A DNA stretch of 51,984 nt from Fimbriimonadales bacterium. GTDB taxonomy: Bacteria > Armatimonadota > Fimbriimonadia > Fimbriimonadales > ATM1. The DNA is taken from positions 1 to 51,984 of the forward strand of contig JBPCLO010000017.1 in NCBI GenBank assembly GCA_051003155.1. The letters run 5' to 3'. A model generated the notes under the pieces. That model did no database searches. It was not told the origin of the DNA and saw only the letters and a program-made list of their open reading frames with translations. The position numbers were made by a program, and so were the translations under genes. Shown one piece after another: positions 28,031-37,645 of this stretch. Numbering within the stretch: position 1 is the stretch's first letter; every line of letters begins with the position of its first letter.

Positions 28031-30658
28031 ATGCTTTCGGCTTGCCTGCTTTCTGGTTTAGTGCTTCAAGCCCCTTCGATCGTCCTCTACCGGGGCGGAC
28101 CGCTCGCCGGGTCGGACACCCGCTATTGGTCTTGCGAGGACACGACGCTCGACAAAGAGCATGCCCAGCGGTCCTACGGGCAAGGCATGCTCCTTCGAAT
28201 GTCGCCGAGTCAACGAACGCTCCTGCGATTTGCGGACTTGCGGCGCGCATTCGGGCCGGAGAAGCGCGTTGTTAACGCGAAACTCGTACTAACCACCGAA
28301 CAGGTCGCTAAACCCGGGCGAATAAAGCTTTACCGATTCGGAGCGCCGTGGAATGAAGGCGGCGGGACTGGCGAACCCCAAACTGCTCCACCTCAATGGA
28401 GCACGACCTGGGACCACCAGTTCTTCGACGAAAGGGGCCGAACGCGGCGGTGGAATCAAGGAGGCGCGAACTTTATAGCACAGACGCCGTCCGCGGAAGC
28501 CGACGTTATTGTCGGGCAACGGGAAATCGTAGCGGATGGGCTTCAAGCGGACGCGCAGCTGTTCTACGAGCGGCCATATGACAACAATGGATGGGTGATC
28601 GAATTCGACGGCGACTGCGCGGTGAACTCCGCCGAGAATCGTGAGGTTGGACCGAGGTTGGAAGTGCAGCTGGAAAGTGCGCCTGCGAAAGAGGGCGCTG
28701 ACCTGAGTGTGGCGTACATCACCAGAACCCCGGAGTACGAGCGATACGACAATCGTGGTGACGCGTACGTTCGCGCATCGGTCGGTGGGCACGAGTCGGG
28801 CGTAATGATGAAGCCGGGCGGGGCAGACACGAGCAAATGGCCCGCTAAAGGCGAGGAAGTGACCTACACAGCGTACGTGAAGAACGTGGGCAACGCTCCT
28901 GCCGCGGGGTTCGGCTATCAGTGGTCTGCAAACTTCGAGCCGCGGCACACCGGAACACACAGCGGAACTATCGCTCCCGGAGAGACCGTGCCCGTGACGT
29001 TCAAGAACACTTTACAGGAGTGGCATCACGACCACCGGAACCAGCCCGTATCCTTGAAGATCACGCCATCAGGCGAAGACGCCTTAGCTGCGAACAACTT
29101 CCTTGAAGTCCAAGCGGCAGCTCTCAACATCGGCATCTGGGTGGACGAAGGTTTTTACCGTAAGTTTGCGGAAAAGCCTAACGCCAGTGGGTCGCGGAGT
29201 TTCGAAGATTGGATTCAGTGGCAATTTCGCATCTGGACCGAAGTGTTCATGCGCCACAGCCGTTTCAGCTTCGCGCCGGATGGCAGCCGCGAAAGCGTGA
29301 GGGTCGGACGGATCACTATCGTCCCCACCGGGACACTCAAGGGTGGAGCGCATATTCCCAACGACACGCCAAGCATGATCTACGACGGCGAATGGGGATT
29401 CGATTCGAGCTTCGGTGACGCGACTGGCTACATCGAAGCCGTGCGCAACCATGCTGACAGGGCGCTGATCCACGAGATGAGTCACCAAATCGGACTGATC
29501 GACCTGTACCAAATGAACATCGACGCCTCGATGCCGGACGGCTCCAAGGGCAAGGTACGGCTAAAGCACGACGGCAGCGTCATCACTCGCGGTTGGATCG
29601 ACCAATTCGGCGGGTTGATGGGTGGAGGCGAGACCCGTGATGAAACGCTGATTCCGGACCGCCTACCGATGCCCTTGGGCGACACAAACAGTTTGGTTTA
29701 CCGAAGCCCCTTGTTTAGGCCAACCGACCTGTATTCGCTCACGGACGTCTTCGCGCTAAACTCGAACTTGGGCTTCCGGCGCGGCTTTTATGGGGAGTTC
29801 CTCTACTCAATACCGGCGACGAATCTCGTTCGCGTGACTGACCGAAACGGCGAAGCGATCCCCGAGGGGACACTGCAATTCTATCAAACCGTAAACGGCG
29901 AGATCCCGGATGGGCCGCCGACGTTCGAGCTACCGTTTAAGAGTGGCTCAGCAACCCTGCCCAATCGGCAGAACGGGCTCACGGCGCCATTCAAGACCCT
30001 GACCGGCCATACGCTCAAGCCGAATCCATTCGGTCGATTGGACGTGGTTGGATCGAACGGCGTGTTTCTCGTCCGCCTCGATCAACACGGCCAGACTGAA
30101 TGGGCTTGGCTGAAGGCTTGGCAGCTCACTGATGCCTACGCCCGCGGCAACAAGAACGTTTACGTGCACGAGCTCCGGTTCAACGTGACCCACCGACCGC
30201 TGAAGCCGCTCGATTGGGCGCTGAAGAAAACAGCCGTGGACAAAGCCAACAGTTCAGGCGCGAACATCGCAAACCTGCTCGATGGCGATCCGAAGACTTT
30301 CTACGAGGCCGGAGGTGAGACGGGGGACTGGGTCGAAATCGACATCGGCCGGGATAGGCCAATCGGCGAAATCAGGCTCGTTATGACGGGCGATCACAAC
30401 GCTTTCTGGCGCCAGTTCGAGGTCATGCTCTACGGGACGGGGCAAACGCTCGCCGAAGCCAAGACGTACGCCTACGAAGGCAACTGGGCGTCGGCGATTT
30501 CGCAGGACAGAGATATCTCGCAAGCTGATGCGGACGTCCGGAGCGTTGCCTACCGCGCCCGCCCGCAGACGGGGCGATTCATACGAATCATCAACCGCTC
30601 CGGAGGCCGCGGCAAGCTGGCAGGGATCGAGGTTCGGGAGACCGAGGCTGAACCTTAG
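28031..30658 (+). CDS. Secreted multidomain protein (CARDB-like, HEMSH zincin motif, C-terminal discoidin/F5-8-like domain)
   Basis: VKNVGNAPA...NNF Ig-like module; ALIHEMSHQIGLIDLY motif; LLDGDPKT...WVEIDIG...RFIRI. Confidence 0.8.
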   Translation: MLSACLLSGLVLQAPSIVLYRGGPLAGSDTRYWSCEDTTLDKEHAQRSYGQGMLLRMSPSQRTLLRFADLRRAFGPEKRVVNAKLVLTTEQVAKPGRIKLYRFGAPWNEGGGTGEPQTAPPQWSTTWDHQFFDERGRTRRWNQGGANFIAQTPSAEADVIVGQREIVADGLQADAQLFYERPYDNNGWVIEFDGDCAVNSAENREVGPRLEVQLESAPAKEGADLSVAYITRTPEYERYDNRGDAYVRASVGGHESGVMMKPGGADTSKWPAKGEEVTYTAYVKNVGNAPAAGFGYQWSANFEPRHTGTHSGTIAPGETVPVTFKNTLQEWHHDHRNQPVSLKITPSGEDALAANNFLEVQAAALNIGIWVDEGFYRKFAEKPNASGSRSFEDWIQWQFRIWTEVFMRHSRFSFAPDGSRESVRVGRITIVPTGTLKGGAHIPNDTPSMIYDGEWGFDSSFGDATGYIEAVRNHADRALIHEMSHQIGLIDLYQMNIDASMPDGSKGKVRLKHDGSVITRGWIDQFGGLMGGGETRDETLIPDRLPMPLGDTNSLVYRSPLFRPTDLYSLTDVFALNSNLGFRRGFYGEFLYSIPATNLVRVTDRNGEAIPEGTLQFYQTVNGEIPDGPPTFELPFKSGSATLPNRQNGLTAPFKTLTGHTLKPNPFGRLDVVGSNGVFLVRLDQHGQTEWAWLKAWQLTDAYARGNKNVYVHELRFNVTHRPLKPLDWALKKTAVDKANSSGANIANLLDGDPKTFYEAGGETGDWVEIDIGRDRPIGEIRLVMTGDHNAFWRQFEVMLYGTGQTLAEAKTYAYEGNWASAISQDRDISQADADVRSVAYRARPQTGRFIRIINRSGGRGKLAGIEVRETEAEP

Positions 30659-30683
30659 ACGGTCCGACTGGCGATCGGCGTTC

Positions 30684-30830
30684 GTTCCCGGTGTACCAGA
30701 TGCCGTGCTCGGAGTACCGAATCTCATTCTCGACGTACTGAATGTCGCCTCGGTGTGCCGAATGCCATTTCTCGTTGTGCCGAATTCCGTTTCCGGGGTA
30801 CCGACGCTCGTTTCCGGTGTACTGTAACCG
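30684..30830. repeat. Degenerate 21-bp tandem repeat, about 7 units
   Basis: Units gttcccggtgtaccagatgcc, gtgctcggagtaccgaatctc, attctcgacgtactgaatgtc ... gtttccggtgtactgtaaccg. Confidence 0.8.
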
Positions 30831-30865
30831 TATGGTCTAAGGTCGGTAGTCGGCGCTCGAGAAAC

Positions 30866-30941
30866 TGGCAGGGGCGACAGGACTCGAACCTGCGGCCTGC
30901 GGTTTTGGAGACCGCTGCTCTACCAACTGAGCTACACCCCT
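30866..30941 (-). tRNA. tRNA-Trp(CCA)
   Basis: AGGGGTGTAGCTCAGTTGGTAGAGCAGCGGTCTCCAAAACCGCAGGCCGCAGGTTCGAGTCCTGTCGCCCCTGCCA, 76 nt, anticodon CCA. Confidence 0.97.
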
Positions 30942-31047
30942 GCGCGGGCGGGGAGATTATAGCTGATTGGACTCGAACGAACGATTGACGGTTCGCTGGC
31001 GTAGAGTAGGTCTGAAGAAGAAGCAACTACCTTAAGGAGGTAACGCC

Positions 31048-32292
31048 ATGAAGCGAATAATCCTAACCACATTTACTGTGGCAGCCATGCTGGGAACGGC
31101 AATTTCCCAGCCAGGCACGCCCATGTTGGGCGACGAAGAATACAATCTGGAATACGACATGGGCAAGGTCGAAGAAGTAGCCGGCGAGGTCACCAACATC
31201 GACACGCTCACGCCCGAAGAGGGCGGCACATTCGGCAAGAGGCTCTGGATCATGACCAAGTTCGGCCCCGAGGTCGTGAGCCTCGGCCCCAGCAGCTATA
31301 TGCCCAGCGTGGGAATACGCATAAGGCCACATGACATGGTATGGGTGACAGGCGCAAGAGTCACCAAGCCCGACGACGCGGGCGACGTAATCCTGGCACG
31401 CCAGGTGCGCACCGCGACGCGAACATGGACGCTGCGCGACGAGCGTGGACATCCGTTCTGGCGCGACGTGCGCAGCAGCAGTGAAAGAGCTGCAGGCAGG
31501 GGCATGGAATGGAAATCGGGCATGGGCATGGAACGGCCGGGCATGGGCATGGACCGGATGTATAGCGGCAAGTACGACGCCACGAATGTAATGACGTTCG
31601 AGGGCAAAGTAACCAGGATCCAAATGGTTCCCGCCATGCACGGCTTCCCGGCTGGCACCCACGTCTACATCGACACGGTCGGTGAGCAAGACGTCGCCAT
31701 TCACTTCGGTCCGGAATGGGCCATGTACAACCAGAACGTGACGATCAAGGCAGGCGATGATGTCAAAGTCACCGGAGCCGTTTATGGCCCTGAGGACATG
31801 AGAATGGTCGTCCCGTCTTCGATCACCGTGGACGAAGCCACAATCAACTTGCGCGATAGCACCGGCAAGTGGATGAAGGGTACGCCGCCGCCGACTGGTG
31901 GTGTCGTTCCCTTGACGATGGAAGAACGCATGCGCATGGATGCCGGTTGGAAATCTGACTCGGCCTATTATCGTGCGTTCGACGCCGACAAACTCGGCGA
32001 ATGGAATGGCAAGGTGGATCGGATCGAGACCTTCGATCTTCGCGGTAGTAGAATGCCCGGCACCTTGGCGATGGTGACGGTTGGCGACGAGACGTTCCCG
32101 GTCCACCTCGGCCCAGCGGAGTTCGTCAAGAAGCAACCCTATAGGCTCCAACCTGGAGACACGATCATGATCAAGGGCTCGAGAGTGACTTGGGACGGCC
32201 GTCCGGTTATTATCGCCACGGAAATCCACCGTGGCACCACGGCCTGGATCTTCCGGGATGCGACAGGTGCGCCCGTCTGGATCGGTAGATAG
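31048..32292 (+). CDS. Secreted protein with three tandem OB-fold-like repeats
   Basis: Signal peptide and AAGGAGG RBS. Three repeats with G.V...(V/I)(S/H)(L/F)GP...D.(V/I).(V/I).G...(L/F)RD..G...W. Confidence 0.8.
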   Translation: MKRIILTTFTVAAMLGTAISQPGTPMLGDEEYNLEYDMGKVEEVAGEVTNIDTLTPEEGGTFGKRLWIMTKFGPEVVSLGPSSYMPSVGIRIRPHDMVWVTGARVTKPDDAGDVILARQVRTATRTWTLRDERGHPFWRDVRSSSERAAGRGMEWKSGMGMERPGMGMDRMYSGKYDATNVMTFEGKVTRIQMVPAMHGFPAGTHVYIDTVGEQDVAIHFGPEWAMYNQNVTIKAGDDVKVTGAVYGPEDMRMVVPSSITVDEATINLRDSTGKWMKGTPPPTGGVVPLTMEERMRMDAGWKSDSAYYRAFDADKLGEWNGKVDRIETFDLRGSRMPGTLAMVTVGDETFPVHLGPAEFVKKQPYRLQPGDTIMIKGSRVTWDGRPVIIATEIHRGTTAWIFRDATGAPVWIGR

Positions 32293-32314
32293 TTAATCTC
32301 GCACCTCTACCTAG

Positions 32315-32354
32315 GAGGCGATTCGCTTATCCCTGGCGAGTCGCCTCTTCATTT
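32315..32354 (+). terminator. Intrinsic terminator
   Basis: Stem GAGGCGATTCGC / GCGAGTCGCCTC followed by TTCATTT. Confidence 0.65.
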
Positions 32355-32375
32355 ATGGCGTGAAACGGCGCTCGC

Positions 32376-33176
32376 GTGAAAAGCCGTACAATACGTGACA
32401 TGAGAGTTTTCGAGTGGTTGGGGAAATTTCTCAATGGCGAAACTGAGTTTCCGTGCCTTGCAAAGTATATAGAGGTCGAGATCGTTCGCACCATCGATCC
32501 TGGCCAGAATGTCGCCGCTGCAGTGGGCCTTTCCGCCGCCACCCTCGGCGCCCTAATTGGAGTCGGCCTCGGCATTGTGTTTAATTCGATCGCGCTCGGA
32601 GCCATCGTGTTCGCCGGAGGGCTCGCATTCGGTCTGAATTGGTTCCTGCGATATCAAAAGCGTCAGTCCGAAAGCCAGAAGGAGCTCAACCGCGCTCGCC
32701 GGCAGGCCCGAGAGTTTCTGCACGAGCTGCGCAAATGGAAGTTCCTGCGTATGCTCGAGATGAAGCTGACGGGTGGAATGGGCGAGATCCTCGACGCGGC
32801 GGCGGCTTCGTGGCTTCGTGCCCATCTCGCCGTTAACTCCGCCAACGAGGACGCCAAGCATCGGCACTCCAGCCTCGGCGCCACGGCCGAGAATGTGATG
32901 GCCGCTATGGACTCCGGCATGGCGAAGCTGCTCATCATGGCTAAAGAAGCCCAGGAATATGGAAGCGCCTTCCTTTCCCCGAACTTCGACAACGCGCGGC
33001 ATGTGGCGAACGAGATGAGGGAGCTTTCTAAAGAGACGGAAAGGCTGTGCGACCGTCTCCAAATCGAGCGTTCGGCTGGCCCGACGCCCATCGACGAACT
33101 CCGCGACGCGCTGGCCGAGATCAAACACCTCGACGCCGCCGAGCAAGAGGTTAACAACCTGAGGATTGGCCGCTGA
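32376..33176 (+). CDS. Hypothetical membrane protein with two TM helices and a helical C-terminus
   Basis: Hydrophobic hairpin followed by a coiled-coil-like region. The start may instead be ATG 32400. Confidence 0.75.
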   Translation: MKSRTIRDMRVFEWLGKFLNGETEFPCLAKYIEVEIVRTIDPGQNVAAAVGLSAATLGALIGVGLGIVFNSIALGAIVFAGGLAFGLNWFLRYQKRQSESQKELNRARRQAREFLHELRKWKFLRMLEMKLTGGMGEILDAAAASWLRAHLAVNSANEDAKHRHSSLGATAENVMAAMDSGMAKLLIMAKEAQEYGSAFLSPNFDNARHVANEMRELSKETERLCDRLQIERSAGPTPIDELRDALAEIKHLDAAEQEVNNLRIGR

Positions 33177-33453
33177 CCGGACCGTCGCCGCAAACACAAA
33201 CGCCGCGCTGGAACATAGGGTCGAGCTTTGGGATTGGACGCCAAGCGCCTGGGAGTCCGTTTCAACCACGACTCCTTCGGGAACGGACACGACCGTCGCC
33301 GCCGATCCAACCGGATGGGACGATAAGCGATTCGTCTCGACTGACGAGTTGGAAGCGGTCAATGCCCTCGTCCGGTGGTACGGGGTTGGCGGTACTGCCT
33401 CCCCGTGGAAAGTTGAGATCAAACAGGCCACATGGACGAGCACGAGAAATTGA
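33177..33453 (+). pseudogene. Orphan 3' half of a secreted-protein C-terminal domain
   Basis: HRVELWDW...DTTV...RFV...VRW...PWKVEIKQATW aligns by eye with QKISLYNY...DGTV...RFI...VSY...PWLGRIDRAWW of the 46218-47642 gene. No start codon or signal peptide. Confidence 0.6.
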
Positions 33454-33487
33454 AACCCTTAATTGATCCCCTCACCGGAGAAGAAAA

Positions 33488-33806
33488 ATGAAAATCCTGT
33501 TAATGATGTTGCTGCTTGCAATCGCTCCCGGCGCATTGGCTGGGACACCCTGGTTTTACGGCGGAGACTTCGACGGCAGAGGTTTCCTCGAATCGGCCAG
33601 GAATACAGCCATCGAAGATGCACGCGTTTACGACAATTTTCTGAATGACATTCCAGGACTAGAAATCGACTGGGTCTTCGGCAACTTCTTAGTCGACGGA
33701 CCGCTTCCCACTGAAGTCTACTACGAGATTCGCCAGAACATGGGGCCAGGGAACGGTGGCGAGCTTTTGGCCTCCGGAACGGGCGCCGCAACTGTCGAGA
33801 TCACCG
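33488..33806 (+). pseudogene. 5' half of a secreted (PEP-CTERM-type) protein, truncated
   Basis: Signal peptide and FYGGDFDG...VYDNF...YYEIR..GNGGELLASG, then runs into duplicated DNA at 33807. Confidence 0.6.
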
Positions 33807-33926
33807 CTCCGCATAGACCGAGCGGCCCGCGCGATTGCCATCAACGAACTTCGGAAAGAATTGGCGAAGATCAAACGCCCGGACGCAGCTGAGCAAGAGA
33901 TAAGCAAGTTGAGGATTAGACGATGA
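33807..33926 (+). repeat. Diverged duplicate of 33057-33176 (3' end of the upstream gene)
   Basis: Gap-free 40-codon alignment with 22/39 aa identical. Its TGA overlaps the sseA ATG. Confidence 0.85.
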
Positions 33927-34780
33927 TTGATAATAGAGGTTATAAGCATCCGGAAGCGCTCGTCTCCACCGACTGGGTCGCCGAGCACCTGAACGACCCG
34001 AGCATAAGAATAGTCGAGTCCAACGAGGACCCGCTGCTCTATCCGTCGGGGCACATTGCCAGGGCGGTCGAGGTTGATTGGACTCGCGATTTGAACGACC
34101 AGCTGCGCCGCGATTACTTGGATCGTGCCGGGTTCGAGAGCCTGATGTCTCGAATCGGCGTAACGCCCGAAACGACGATCGTCTTTTACGGCGACCGGAA
34201 TAACTGGTGGGCGACTTATGCGTTTTGGGTGTTTCAACTTTTCGGACACGCCAACGCAAAAGTCATGGACGGCGGCCGGATCAAATGGGAGAAGGAGGGC
34301 CGGGAGCTCACACGGGACGTGCCTTCGTATCCGGCGACTCAGTACTCCGCGCAGGAACGCGACGACAGGACCAACCGCGCATTTCGAAAGGACGTGTTTG
34401 CGCACCTCGATGCAGCGAATCCGCTCATCGATGTGCGGAGCCCGCAAGAGTACACCGGCGAGCGGCTGCACATGCCCGAGTTTCCAAACGAAGGCGCCTT
34501 GCGAGGCGGGCACATTCCGACGGCCAAAAGCGTCCCTTGGGCGACTGCGATCAACCCGGACGACGGCTCGTTCAAGACCGCCGAAGAATTGCGCGGCATA
34601 TACGAAAGCGGCGCCGGGCTGTCTTCTAATAAGGAAGTCGTCGCCTACTGCCGAATCGGCGAGCGAAGCAGCCACACGTGGTTTGTGTTGAAGTACCTGC
34701 TCGGCTATGCGAACGTCCGCAACTACGACGGCAGCTGGACTGAGTGGGGCAATCTCGTCGGCGCTCCGATCGAGAAGTGA
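33923..34780 (+). CDS. sseA: Thiosulfate/3-mercaptopyruvate sulfurtransferase (double rhodanese)
   Basis: LVSTDWV, YPSGHI, GHIPTA, active-site YCRIGERSS and YDGSWTEW. Confidence 0.93.
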   Translation: MIDNRGYKHPEALVSTDWVAEHLNDPSIRIVESNEDPLLYPSGHIARAVEVDWTRDLNDQLRRDYLDRAGFESLMSRIGVTPETTIVFYGDRNNWWATYAFWVFQLFGHANAKVMDGGRIKWEKEGRELTRDVPSYPATQYSAQERDDRTNRAFRKDVFAHLDAANPLIDVRSPQEYTGERLHMPEFPNEGALRGGHIPTAKSVPWATAINPDDGSFKTAEELRGIYESGAGLSSNKEVVAYCRIGERSSHTWFVLKYLLGYANVRNYDGSWTEWGNLVGAPIEK

Positions 34781-35211
34781 CACACCCCGGCAAGCTGCAA
34801 GGGATCGTCGACAGCCTAAGATCGCTCGAGAGGCAAGACCGCATCGACGCACTGATTTCGATAGCGGATCGGTACCAACCGGTGCCCCCGGAGGTGGCCT
34901 CGCGCCCGTTCGAAGAGAGCGCCCGAATTCCGGCATGCGAATCGGAGGCATTCATCTGGGCTATCGGCCAGCCGCCCGGCTCGTTGAAATACTACTTTGC
35001 GGTCGAGAACCCTCAGGGAATATCTGCGAAGGCGCTGGCGGCCATTCTTGATGAGACCTTGCCAGGGATGTCTCTCGCCGAAATCGCGTCGCTGTCGGAC
35101 GATGTTGTGTTCGAGATTTTCGGCAACGAACTCTCGATGGGCAAGACCATGGGACTCACCGGCATGATCAACATGGTGCGGTCGGCTGCGAAGCGGCGCG
35201 CGGCCAAGTAG
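34777..35211 (+). CDS. sufE: SufE family sulfur acceptor
   Basis: [12 protein letters not shown] (SufE Cys). GTG start overlaps the sseA stop. Confidence 0.82.
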   Translation: MTHPGKLQGIVDSLRSLERQDRIDALISIADRYQPVPPEVASRPFEESARIPACESEAFIWAIGQPPGSLKYYFAVENPQGISAKALAAILDETLPGMSLAEIASLSDDVVFEIFGNELSMGKTMGLTGMINMVRSAAKRRAAK

Positions 35212-35237
35212 CACTCGCTACGGTGTAAAATTGCCGC

Positions 35238-36788
35238 ATGCCGATTGGTGAAGCTCCGTCGCTGCCGCCCGAAATTCCTGTGTTGGCAACGTCGGCCGAG
35301 CCTTCATCATATATCGCGCCGCAGCGGCCCCGCATTGTGAGCGGAAAAATCACCCTCGAAGCGGATCGAGTCACGCACGATGTCGACGCACAAATAACGC
35401 AACTCAAGGGCAATGTCGTGGCGACCTACGAGCAGACCCGGGTTACCGCTGACGAAGCCGAAATCGACACCCTCAAGAAGGAGGCCTCTTTTAGAAAAGG
35501 GGTAAAGCTAATCGACGAGGTCGGGACCCTCGAGGCCGACGAGATCTATGTCAACTATCTGGACAGGGTGCACGGCTACGCGCGCGGAATCAGGCTGAGG
35601 GCATACGAAGCTATCTTCGAGGGCGAGGAGCTCACGTTCGGCGACAACACTTTCCGCCTCAAGAACGCATGGTTTACGACGTGCCTGGGGCATTACAGAA
35701 TCCTCCTTAAGGACGTAGTCATCAAGCCGGGCCGCTATGTCTCGGCCCGTAATTCGACTTTGGAACTCGGGCGCGGCTTTCGATTGCCCATTCCTCTCTT
35801 CCGCGTTGGGCTCAATCGCAAGGAAACAGGAATCCAATCGCCCGTCCCAAGCGTGGAAGAGGACTTCAAGTTCGGCTATCGGTGGGAGAACACCCTTGTT
35901 TTCGGGGATCGAACGTCGTTCGTTTACAACCAGCGCGGAGGTCAAAACCGCATTCCATCGATCAACACGACGCTCAGCTACAACCTCAGCGCCAGGGACG
36001 TCGGAGATATCGTCGTGCCGCGAACTGAGGAGGGGGAACGGTTCCGCGACGGGTACCTCGACAACGTTACTGTCGTCGACCCGAAGCAAGAAGACGAAGA
36101 TATTGGCCAGGAGAGGACGCTGGCCTTTGTCGGACACGCCTCGAATATCAGAACCCGCGCGCGACCCGGCGACCCGGAAGCGCTCGACAGACCCATCTTT
36201 GCAGGATTCGAGATGGCGCGCTCGCTCGGACCGATCAAAGCGGAGGCGCTCGTGCGTTACGGCCTGGTCAAAGAACGCCTCACATCCCAAGAGGTAAACC
36301 GGATGGAGGGCCGCGCGACCGCGCTGCTGCCCGACGTCTCCCTAGGCGACAAGTTGGCTCTGCGATTTCGGGCTGACCTCGGCCTCTTCGCAGGCGGCCA
36401 GGGATATGGATGGCTGAGGCCCTTGGCAGCCTTGGTTTTTTCGCCGAACGAACAAGTGCGCTTGAGCGCGGGATACTTCTCTGCGGTCACATGGGGCACG
36501 CCACAATTCGACAATGACCGACTCTATTCGACGCACGCCGCCCACCTTCGCGCCGACTTCGATTTCGCAAGCACCGATTTGTCTCTGCTCTTAAAATATG
36601 ACTTCGATCGGCGCCGCTGGTATGACTTCGAAGTGAGCTTCGGACAAGTGATGCACTGCGTCCGCCCGTTCTTCAGCTACAGAAGCTTCCCGGGTACGTT
36701 CGCTTTGGGCTTCACGCTGCGGGCGGACAAGCTTTTCGAGGCACTTCGGCGCCGCGAAATAATGCGCGAAAATCTTCCGCCGCCATAG
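35238..36788 (+). CDS. LptD/OstA-like outer-membrane protein
   Basis: OstA-like LEADRV...LKGNV...ADEAE, FTTC motif and beta-strand-rich C-terminus. Confidence 0.7.
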   Translation: MPIGEAPSLPPEIPVLATSAEPSSYIAPQRPRIVSGKITLEADRVTHDVDAQITQLKGNVVATYEQTRVTADEAEIDTLKKEASFRKGVKLIDEVGTLEADEIYVNYLDRVHGYARGIRLRAYEAIFEGEELTFGDNTFRLKNAWFTTCLGHYRILLKDVVIKPGRYVSARNSTLELGRGFRLPIPLFRVGLNRKETGIQSPVPSVEEDFKFGYRWENTLVFGDRTSFVYNQRGGQNRIPSINTTLSYNLSARDVGDIVVPRTEEGERFRDGYLDNVTVVDPKQEDEDIGQERTLAFVGHASNIRTRARPGDPEALDRPIFAGFEMARSLGPIKAEALVRYGLVKERLTSQEVNRMEGRATALLPDVSLGDKLALRFRADLGLFAGGQGYGWLRPLAALVFSPNEQVRLSAGYFSAVTWGTPQFDNDRLYSTHAAHLRADFDFASTDLSLLLKYDFDRRRWYDFEVSFGQVMHCVRPFFSYRSFPGTFALGFTLRADKLFEALRRREIMRENLPPP

Positions 36789-36816
36789 GCCGATTTGGTT
36801 CGTCTTTCGGTTAGGA

Positions 36817-37623
36817 ATGTTCAGTAGTCAAACGGCGTTCCAGCGATTTGCGGATATCGTAAGGGGCCCGGAGGAGCATATTTCGCTCGCCGAGGCCGCT
36901 CTCGTGATCGCGTCCGAGTTCCGCAGCGAATCCATCGTCAAGGACTACCTGCGCTGGATAAGAGAGACTGCTTCCGACTTTCCCGCGGGGCCAGATTTGT
37001 CTGAAGTGTCGGGCTTCTTCTCGGATCACCTCGGCTTCTGTGGCGACAGAGACGATCAGGGCGACCCGAGGAACAATTTGCTCGACCACGTCATCGAGCA
37101 TCGGCGCGGAATGCCCGTTGCTCTCTCCATTATCCTCCTTGAGATGGCATCTCGAAAGGATTGGCATTTGGAAGGCGTGGCACTACCGGGCCATTTCATG
37201 GTTCGCGACGCAACGACTGGCTACTACATCGACACATACAACCGTGCGCAGGTGCTCGACGAGGCCCAGGCGCGCCGTCGGATCATGGGCAAGATCGAAC
37301 AGTCCGAGTGGAAGAGCCGATGGAGTCGCGCTTCTTCGCCCAAGCAGATCATATTTCGGTTGCTAAGCAATCTCAAGCTCAGCTTTCTTACTCGCGAACA
37401 GTTCGACAGGGCTGCCGCCGTTCAGGAAAAGCTGCTGCTCCTCACACCTGGGCGCGCGCAGGAGTATCGCGACCTCGGCGTAGTGTCTGCCAGCGCCGGG
37501 GATTCCCGGATGGCTCGCAAATTCTTGGGTGAGTACTTGGAGCGACGGCCAAATGCCGCGGATGCCGACAGAGTTCGCGGCCAGCTTCAAGTCCTGGTCG
37601 ACGAAGCAGATCGGCTCAATTAG
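36817..37623 (+). CDS. SirB1 family protein (transglutaminase-like plus TPR)
   Basis: LGFCGD...DPRNNLLDHVIEHRRGMPVALS, LPGHF, RLLSNLK and RDLG motifs. Confidence 0.9.
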   Translation: MFSSQTAFQRFADIVRGPEEHISLAEAALVIASEFRSESIVKDYLRWIRETASDFPAGPDLSEVSGFFSDHLGFCGDRDDQGDPRNNLLDHVIEHRRGMPVALSIILLEMASRKDWHLEGVALPGHFMVRDATTGYYIDTYNRAQVLDEAQARRRIMGKIEQSEWKSRWSRASSPKQIIFRLLSNLKLSFLTREQFDRAAAVQEKLLLLTPGRAQEYRDLGVVSASAGDSRMARKFLGEYLERRPNAADADRVRGQLQVLVDEADRLN

Positions 37624-37645
37624 TCACACTTCCTCAAGGGCGAAC

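Noticed and set aside
30684..30830. CRISPR array
   Set aside because: Units are contiguous and degenerate with no unique spacers, and there are no cas genes.
31063..34951. Long antisense ORFs (31063-32229, 32553-33443, 33689-34951; likewise 19526-20515 and 7678-8583)
   Set aside because: They mirror well-supported genes on the opposite strand, as expected in high-GC DNA, and show no family motifs.
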